This document shows, piece by piece, positions 57,578-64,000 of a DNA stretch of 64,000 nucleotides. This stretch comes from Candidatus Woesearchaeota archaeon (GTDB lineage: Archaea > Nanobdellota > Nanobdellia > SCGC-AAA011-G17 > JAGVZY01). The stretch lies in the NCBI GenBank assembly GCA_018302225.1, contig JAGVZY010000012.1, positions 11,191 through 75,190 of the forward strand, written 5' to 3'. The notes below the pieces were generated by a model, which saw nothing but the letters and a program-made list of their open reading frames with translations, was not told the DNA's origin and made no database searches. How positions within the stretch are numbered: the first letter of the stretch is position 1; each line of letters begins with the position of its first letter. A program made the position numbers and the translations under genes.

Positions 57578-59053
57578 ATGAAACTAAAAGTAAATGTTTT
57601 AGATGTTAAAACTGGGGGACCCCTGATAGTTGTTATTCCTAAGAAAGAAGCAATTAAACAAGACTTACATCCATTAAATAGGGTTAAATTAAAATATAAA
57701 AATAAAGAAGTAATTGTAGTTGTAGATATAATTGAAAATTCTGTTAAGCCAAATCATATGATTATATATAAAGAAGTTGCAGATTTGTTAGGTGTTAAAA
57801 AAAATAATTTAGTGGAATTAATTTATGAACCTGCTCCAAGTTCTGTTGAATATATTCTTGAAAAATTAAAAGGAGAAAAATTAAATTGTGAAAAAATAAA
57901 TACTATAATCAAAGATTTATTGTCAAATAGATTAAGTGAAGTTGAATTAACTTATTTTATTGCTGCTTGTTACCCTGATAAATTAAGCAATGACGAGATT
58001 TATTGTTTGACTAAAGCAATAGTTGAAAATGGTAAAAAATTAAATCTTGGAAAGAAAATGGTTTTAGACAAACATTGTATTGGAGGTATTCCAGGAAATA
58101 GAACTACAATGGTTGTTGTTCCTATCATTGCGTCATTAGGTTATACTATTCCTAAGACTTCTTCAAGAGCAATAAGTTCACCAAGTGGAACTGCAGATAC
58201 AATGGAGGCTTTAGCTAAAGTTGAATTTACTGCAGATGAAATTACTAAAATAATTAAAAAAACTAATTCGTGTATTGCTTGGGGTGGTGCAATGAATTTA
58301 GCTGCTGCAGATGATAAATTAATAAGATTAAGACATCCATTAAGTTTAGATCCTGAAGGGATGTTAGTTGCTTCTATTATGGCCAAGAAATTGGCTGTTG
58401 GATCTACACATGTTCTAATTGATGTTCCTATCGGGTTAAAAGCAAAAATACAAAACTTAAAACAAGGAAAATCTTTGAAAAAGAAATTTTTAATGATTGC
58501 AAAAAAGTTTAATATTAAAATGAGGGTGGTTTTTACAAATGGTATTAATCCTATTGGTTACGGTGTGGGTCCTGTATTGGAAGCCAAAGATGTTTTAGAA
58601 ACTTTAAGAGGAGAGGGGCCTAAAGATTTAAGAGAGAAATCTATAGAATTAGCAACTAAATTGTTAGAATTAGTCGGACATAGAAATCCCAAAGAATCAG
58701 TTGAATATGTTTTGAATAGTGGTTTGGCTTATAAAAAGATGTGTGAAATAATAAACGCCCAGGATGGAAAGATTACAGATCCTAACAAATTAAAAGTTGG
58801 GGAATATAAAAAAGAATTTTATGCTGAAAGAACAGGAAAAATAAATTCATTTAATATGAAAACCATAAAAACTATTGCGAGAATTGCAGGTGCTCCAGTT
58901 GATAAAGGTGCAGGTATTTTGTTAAATGTTATAATAAATCAAGAAGTAGTTAGGGGAGATAAAATATTCACTATTTATTCTGAAAGTCAAGATAAATTAA
59001 AACAAGCAATTTGGACTTTAAAATATATGAAAAAATTAGTTGAAGTTAAATAG
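57578..59053 (+). CDS. AMP phosphorylase
   Basis: N-terminal extension, DKHCIGGIPGN, PKTSSRAI..P.GTAD, SIMAKK, AGAP.DKGAG. Start at ATG 57578. Confidence 0.92.
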   Translation: MKLKVNVLDVKTGGPLIVVIPKKEAIKQDLHPLNRVKLKYKNKEVIVVVDIIENSVKPNHMIIYKEVADLLGVKKNNLVELIYEPAPSSVEYILEKLKGEKLNCEKINTIIKDLLSNRLSEVELTYFIAACYPDKLSNDEIYCLTKAIVENGKKLNLGKKMVLDKHCIGGIPGNRTTMVVVPIIASLGYTIPKTSSRAISSPSGTADTMEALAKVEFTADEITKIIKKTNSCIAWGGAMNLAAADDKLIRLRHPLSLDPEGMLVASIMAKKLAVGSTHVLIDVPIGLKAKIQNLKQGKSLKKKFLMIAKKFNIKMRVVFTNGINPIGYGVGPVLEAKDVLETLRGEGPKDLREKSIELATKLLELVGHRNPKESVEYVLNSGLAYKKMCEIINAQDGKITDPNKLKVGEYKKEFYAERTGKINSFNMKTIKTIARIAGAPVDKGAGILLNVIINQEVVRGDKIFTIYSESQDKLKQAIWTLKYMKKLVEVK

Positions 59054-59085
59054 AATATTAAAATAAATTAAATAAAAAAGAAGTC

Positions 59086-59313
59086 TTACCTTCTTTTCTT
59101 CTTTTTTGGTTTTGATGATTTCTTTTTTGCTGCACGCATATCAAGTGCTAAATCCTTTTCAATTAACTTTTCTTGATGCATTAATACACGAACAATCTTC
59201 TCATCTATAACATCAATTTTTGTTTCAAGAACAAATATTCTTCTCAGGGCATAAATCATCCCAGCCACAGCTCCAAGTAGAACATAAAGTATGAGTGCTA
59301 TGTTAGTTTCCAT
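59086..59313 (-). CDS. Small single-TM protein with Lys-rich tail
   Basis: TM followed by YALRRI..LE, coiled coil and poly-K; strong GAGGTGA SD. Confidence 0.75.
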   Translation of the reverse strand: METNIALILYVLLGAVAGMIYALRRIFVLETKIDVIDEKIVRVLMHQEKLIEKDLALDMRAAKKKSSKPKKKKRR

Positions 59314-59448
59314 TAAATCACCTCTAATTGTGTTATATTTAGATTATATGCTTTAAATAATTTGTTCACTATTTTAAAAGAGTATCATTTTAGATTTTAA
59401 TTTAGTTATATAAAAAAGGTTTTTATAGTAGTGATTATTTTAAAGAAT

Positions 59449-62091
59449 ATGTTGAAATATAGGGGGCTAACTAATAAACAAGCTGAAAATAATTTAAAAC
59501 AGTATGGCTTTAATGAACTAAAAGAAATTTCTAAAAAAACTCCATTAAATATTTTATTTAAACAAGTTAGAAACAATTTTGTTATTTATTTAATTTTGTT
59601 TGCAACTATTATCTCTTTTTTTGTTGGTAAATATGTTACTGCTTATACTTTAATTTTTGTAATTTTAATGGTTGTAGCAGTAGGATTTGTACAAGAGTAT
59701 AGATCTGAAAAAGCTATAGCTGCTTTAAAAGGTATGTTGGTTCCAGTTTCTTTAGTAATAAGAAAGGGTAAGGAGCAAGAAATATTTTCTAAACATATTG
59801 TTCCAGGAGATATTTTAATTTTAAGGAATGGTGAAAAAATTCCGGCAGATTGTTTGGTTTTAGAAGAAATGGAACTCAGAGTTAATGAATCTATTTTAAC
59901 TGGTGAATCTAAGGATGTAACTAAAAAAGTTAGTAGTAAAAAAGAGTATACTGATGAGAATTTAGTATTTATGGGTACTTATATTGTTAATGGTAGATGT
60001 ATAGTAAAAGTTATTCATACTGGAATGAATACTAAATTTGGAAATATTGCAGAATTGATTTCTACTACAGAAAAGGAACTTCCTTTACAAAATAAAATAA
60101 ACAAAGTTGCAAAATATATGGCTATCATGGCAATTTTAGTTTCTGTTTTAACTGGTTTAATTATGTTTTTAAGAGCTACGAGTATTACTGAAGAAATTGT
60201 AATAAATATTCTTATTATGGTTATTGCTTTATCTGTTTCTGCATTTCCAGAAGGATTCCCGGTTGTTTTGATAACTACCTTGGCATTTGGAGCATATAAG
60301 ATGGCTAAGCAGAATGCTATTGTAAATAGAATGTCTATTATTGAGACACTTGGTGAAACAACAGTTATTTGTGCTGATAAAACCGGAACTTTAACAAAAG
60401 GAGAAATGACTGTTAGAACTATTTTTGCAGATAATAATCTTTTTAAAATTACTGGAGTAGGTTATGAAGGTAAAGGAGATTTCCTTTTGGATAAACAGAA
60501 AATAGATCCTGTTAATGATGCTGTTCTGAAAAATCTTTTGTATGGGGCTGTACTGTGTAATGATGCTATAATTGAAAGAACGGGAAATGATATGGAATTT
60601 AAAACAATTGGTTCTCCTACTGAATCTGCTTTATTAGTTTTAGGTGCTAAGGCTAATTTATTTAAAGAGGATTTTAAATTTGAAAGGGTGCAAGAGTTAC
60701 CTTTTAATTCTGATAGAAAAATGATGTCTGTTTTATGTCAGAAAGGTAAAGAGAAATTTGTTTATTCTAAGGGTGCACCTGAATTTTTATTAAAAAAATG
60801 TAAGTTTATTCAAACTAAAGATGGAGTTATTGAATTAGATAATAAACAGAAGAAAAAAATTAATTCTATTACTAAAAAAATGGCTAGAAATTCTTTGAGA
60901 ACTGTGGGATTGGCTTATAAAACTATGAAAACTTTTACAAAAGATCATTTTGAAGAAGATTTGATATTTGTAGGTTTAGTTGGAATGGAAGATCCTGCAC
61001 GTGAGGAAGTTAAAGAATCTATTGAAACTTGTAAAAATGCGGGAATTAAAGTAAAAATGATTACAGGAGATAATAAAGAAACTGCAAAATCTATTGCCAA
61101 AGAAATTGGTTTAGTTGGAGATTTAATCGAAGGTTATGACTTAGATAAATTAACTGATGATGAGCTTGCTAAATCTATCAATAAAATAGTTATTTTTGCA
61201 AGAGTTAAACCTGAACATAAACTGAGGATTGTTAGTGCTTTGAAAGCAAATGGGGAGATTGTAACTATGACCGGGGATGGAGTTAATGATGCCCCTGCAT
61301 TAAAAGATGCGCATATAGGGATTGCAATGGGTAAAAATGGAACTGATGTTTCTAGGTCTGTTGCAGACTTAACATTGAAAGATGATAATTTTCATACTAT
61401 TGTTGTTGCAATAAGAGAAGGTAGAACTATATTTAAAAATATAAGAAAGTTTGTGACTTATCAATTGTCTTGTAATTGTGCTGAATTATCTATTTTATTT
61501 TTTGGTGTATTATTATCTCCTTTGTTGGGTTGGGAAGCGCCGTTGTTATTATCTTTACAGATTTTATTTATGAACTTAGTAACAGATGATCTTCCTGCAA
61601 TTACTCTTGGTTTAAATCCCACATCAAGGGATATAATGAATGAATCTCCTAGAAGAAATTCAGAAATATTAAATAAGAAATTAATTGCCTTATTAGTCTT
61701 TAATGGAGCATTATTAGCTGGATTAACTTTAATTTCCTACTACTTATCGTTTAACTTATTTGGTGAGAATACAGAATACTCTAGAACTGTCGCTTTATTT
61801 TCTCTAATTGGTTTAGAAATTGTTTCAGCATTTAATTTTAGATCTTTAAGAAAAAAAGTATTAACTAGGAGTCCGTTAGTAAATCCTTATTTATTTTATG
61901 CTTCTTTGATATCTTTAGCTGCAACTTTTATTATAATTTATACTCCTGTAAATAAAATCTTTGGAACTATACCTTTGAGATTGGAAGGATTTATTATTAT
62001 GGTTGGATTATCTTTACTTTTAATTTTAATATTTGATTTACTTAAATATGCCAATTCTAAATTAAAATTCTTTGATGTAGAGCATATATAG
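59449..62091 (+). CDS. P-type (P2, Ca2+-like) cation ATPase
   Basis: TGES, PEGF, DKTGTLT, KGAPE, TGDN, TGDGVNDAPAL. Confidence 0.93.
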   Translation: MLKYRGLTNKQAENNLKQYGFNELKEISKKTPLNILFKQVRNNFVIYLILFATIISFFVGKYVTAYTLIFVILMVVAVGFVQEYRSEKAIAALKGMLVPVSLVIRKGKEQEIFSKHIVPGDILILRNGEKIPADCLVLEEMELRVNESILTGESKDVTKKVSSKKEYTDENLVFMGTYIVNGRCIVKVIHTGMNTKFGNIAELISTTEKELPLQNKINKVAKYMAIMAILVSVLTGLIMFLRATSITEEIVINILIMVIALSVSAFPEGFPVVLITTLAFGAYKMAKQNAIVNRMSIIETLGETTVICADKTGTLTKGEMTVRTIFADNNLFKITGVGYEGKGDFLLDKQKIDPVNDAVLKNLLYGAVLCNDAIIERTGNDMEFKTIGSPTESALLVLGAKANLFKEDFKFERVQELPFNSDRKMMSVLCQKGKEKFVYSKGAPEFLLKKCKFIQTKDGVIELDNKQKKKINSITKKMARNSLRTVGLAYKTMKTFTKDHFEEDLIFVGLVGMEDPAREEVKESIETCKNAGIKVKMITGDNKETAKSIAKEIGLVGDLIEGYDLDKLTDDELAKSINKIVIFARVKPEHKLRIVSALKANGEIVTMTGDGVNDAPALKDAHIGIAMGKNGTDVSRSVADLTLKDDNFHTIVVAIREGRTIFKNIRKFVTYQLSCNCAELSILFFGVLLSPLLGWEAPLLLSLQILFMNLVTDDLPAITLGLNPTSRDIMNESPRRNSEILNKKLIALLVFNGALLAGLTLISYYLSFNLFGENTEYSRTVALFSLIGLEIVSAFNFRSLRKKVLTRSPLVNPYLFYASLISLAATFIIIYTPVNKIFGTIPLRLEGFIIMVGLSLLLILIFDLLKYANSKLKFFDVEHI

Positions 62092-62112
62092 ATTAAATTA
62101 TTAAAAGAAATT

Positions 62113-63840
62113 TTACTCTAAAATCTTTTCCATCATTGATGCAAATGCTGGTCTTGTAATAAGAACACCGATTGTGATTCCAACTATTGTTGTGAATGCA
62201 AATCCTCTTAATAATCCTGCTGCTGTGTTCCATAAAGGTATCATTGCAACAAAGGTTGTACAATAAGCAGTAAGTATAATTCCAAATGCTCTTTTTATTT
62301 TTTGTTTCCAACTTAATGTTTCTTTTTTATCTTTACCTGAAAGAAGTTCATCTGTAATAACTATTTGATCATCTATGCCTGTTCCAATAGAAGCAACAAA
62401 TCCCGCTATAGACGGTAAGTCTAAATTCCATTTAAATAATGCTGCAAATCCAAGTACGATTAATAATTCACTAAATAAGTTAATTGCAATTGGAATTAAT
62501 AATTTTAATTTTCTATATCTAATATATACAACTGCAAGAACACCTAAGAATGCGAGTACTCCAATTAATAAAGCATTTTTAGTAAATTGTTCCCCCATAA
62601 TAGGACTAACTTCTTCGAGACTTACAATTTCCATTTCAAAGGGTAAGCTTCCTGTAATCATTACTGTTTGAAGTCTATTCATTTCTGCAAGTGCATTTTG
62701 CATTGCTGTTTGACTTGTTTTTCCAACTCCTGGTCCAGAAATTGAAATGCTTTGGCTAGGGTTTCCTTTTAAGTCTTTTCCAATGTTTAAGCTGCTTACA
62801 AATCTTCCATCCAAATATAAATCTAAAGTTTCATTAACATAAGTTCCAGTTTCTTTTGTTACTAAATCTAAATCTTTAGTAATTGCTGCTTGTTTTTGTG
62901 CGGCTTCTTCACTTAACCGTATTGCAAATTCAAAGTTACAAATATACTCGTTTTGTGCAGTTTGACCACAACTTTGTATTCCTGCGCATGAACCATCTCC
63001 TCTACAAACATATCTTATATCTCTTTTTTCTCCTGTAAATACTAAATCATCTCCGATTCTTGCTTCGAATTTACCTTGTTTTGCAACAAATTCTTCAATC
63101 TCTTCTTTTGTTGCACCCGCTAGTTCTATTGAGATATAATGATTATTTAGGTTATCAGAAACAGATCTTATTTTCATTTCTCTTAAACCATAAATATTTA
63201 GTTTATTAGTAAGAATTTCAATCATAAGAGTAAGATTTTCTTCAGAAACTTCTTCAGTAGGTTTCAAAATAACTCTTGCACCGCCATCTAAATCAAGTCC
63301 TTTCTTAATATTTGATGAACTTACTTGTTTTACTTTTATTGAAGGCACCTTAGTTATTAAAAGAGAATAATCTTTTTTAGTTGTTGAGATTTCTAATTTT
63401 GAATAAGGTAAAATATCATAATAATGGTTTATAAAATCTTGTTCTAAATTGATTTCATAACTATCTATTTTTTTGATTATAGAATTGTTTTCAAGACCTT
63501 GGATTTTTGAATTTATAACTGTAAGATTTTTTAATTCAAATCCTAATTCTCCTTTAGAAGTATAAGTTACTGTAGACTTATCCGTAATAATTATTATTTC
63601 TTTTTCAGGTATTTTTATTGATTCTAAAGCAGATTCAAAGTCTTTAATATCTTTTATTTCTAGATTATTTACAGATCTTATTATATCTCCCGAAGTTATT
63701 CCTGCATCTTTAATAATTTCATCTGAATAAGTAACTTCAACTCCTAAGGTGTTTAATCTTGGGGAGATTGAAAGTATAGCTATGATTAAAAAAAATATCA
63801 AAATCCATACTCTTAATGTTAAATATTTTTTTAGTGACAT
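62113..63840 (-). CDS. secD: Protein translocase subunit SecD
   Basis: KGLDLDGG, GKFEA, GSLP, LDL.SIAG..ASIGTGIDDQIVITDE, GFAFTT. Confidence 0.92.
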   Translation of the reverse strand: MSLKKYLTLRVWILIFFLIIAILSISPRLNTLGVEVTYSDEIIKDAGITSGDIIRSVNNLEIKDIKDFESALESIKIPEKEIIIITDKSTVTYTSKGELGFELKNLTVINSKIQGLENNSIIKKIDSYEINLEQDFINHYYDILPYSKLEISTTKKDYSLLITKVPSIKVKQVSSSNIKKGLDLDGGARVILKPTEEVSEENLTLMIEILTNKLNIYGLREMKIRSVSDNLNNHYISIELAGATKEEIEEFVAKQGKFEARIGDDLVFTGEKRDIRYVCRGDGSCAGIQSCGQTAQNEYICNFEFAIRLSEEAAQKQAAITKDLDLVTKETGTYVNETLDLYLDGRFVSSLNIGKDLKGNPSQSISISGPGVGKTSQTAMQNALAEMNRLQTVMITGSLPFEMEIVSLEEVSPIMGEQFTKNALLIGVLAFLGVLAVVYIRYRKLKLLIPIAINLFSELLIVLGFAALFKWNLDLPSIAGFVASIGTGIDDQIVITDELLSGKDKKETLSWKQKIKRAFGIILTAYCTTFVAMIPLWNTAAGLLRGFAFTTIVGITIGVLITRPAFASMMEKILE

Positions 63841-63841
63841 T

Positions 63842-64000
63842 TTATTCTATATGTTTTTTTTCAGCATACCATTTTAGTAATGATGCATTTTGTAAATATG
63901 TTATAAAAATATCTAGGGTTAGGCCTATAATCATAATTAAAAAGATTTGTTTGAAGATTTCAATGTTAGTAAATATATAACCAATTAAAACAGCAATGAT
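63842..64000 (-). CDS. secF: Protein translocase subunit SecF, 3' end (partial)
   Basis: ...IFLIMIIGLTLDIFITYLQNASLLKWYAEKKHIE* ends 1 nt before the secD ATG; matches the archaeal SecF C-terminus. Confidence 0.8.
   Translation of the reverse strand: MIAVLIGYIFTNIEIFKQIFLIMIIGLTLDIFITYLQNASLLKWYAEKKHIE

Overview
Very AT-rich, gene-dense archaeal DNA. Archaeal markers include rpl15e, GatDE, archaeal-type ProRS and DNA ligase, deoxyhypusine synthase, Dph6, TrmB and TATA-box promoters. The reduced salvage-type content fits a DPANN lineage (Woesearchaeota/Pacearchaeota-like; this assignment is inference). Most of the window is core housekeeping: translation and tRNA genes, tRNA-Arg(UCG), ftsZ, secDF, and an AMP/nucleoside-salvage set (R15P isomerase, form II/III RuBisCO, AMP phosphorylase). 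I saw no CRISPR array, transposase or integrase. The best candidates for novelty are: (1) a 65-aa mini-aIF5A that keeps the GKHG hypusination loop but lacks the C-terminal domain; (2) a HEXXH-vWA / Cys-rich MoxR / orphan three-gene operon; (3) three tandem GGGC-loop hairpins in the ftsZ leader; (4) a ~100-nt structured intergenic RNA candidate; (5) a PP-loop-dead ThiI coupled to a TRAM-less methylthiotransferase; (6) two orphan paralogs with N-terminal QxxLF motifs; (7) a tRNA ending 1 nt before the mazG start codon; (8) a bacterial-type non-discriminating AspRS in a translin-aspS-gatC-gatA operon. All calls come from reading motifs by eye; no searches or folding computations were run.
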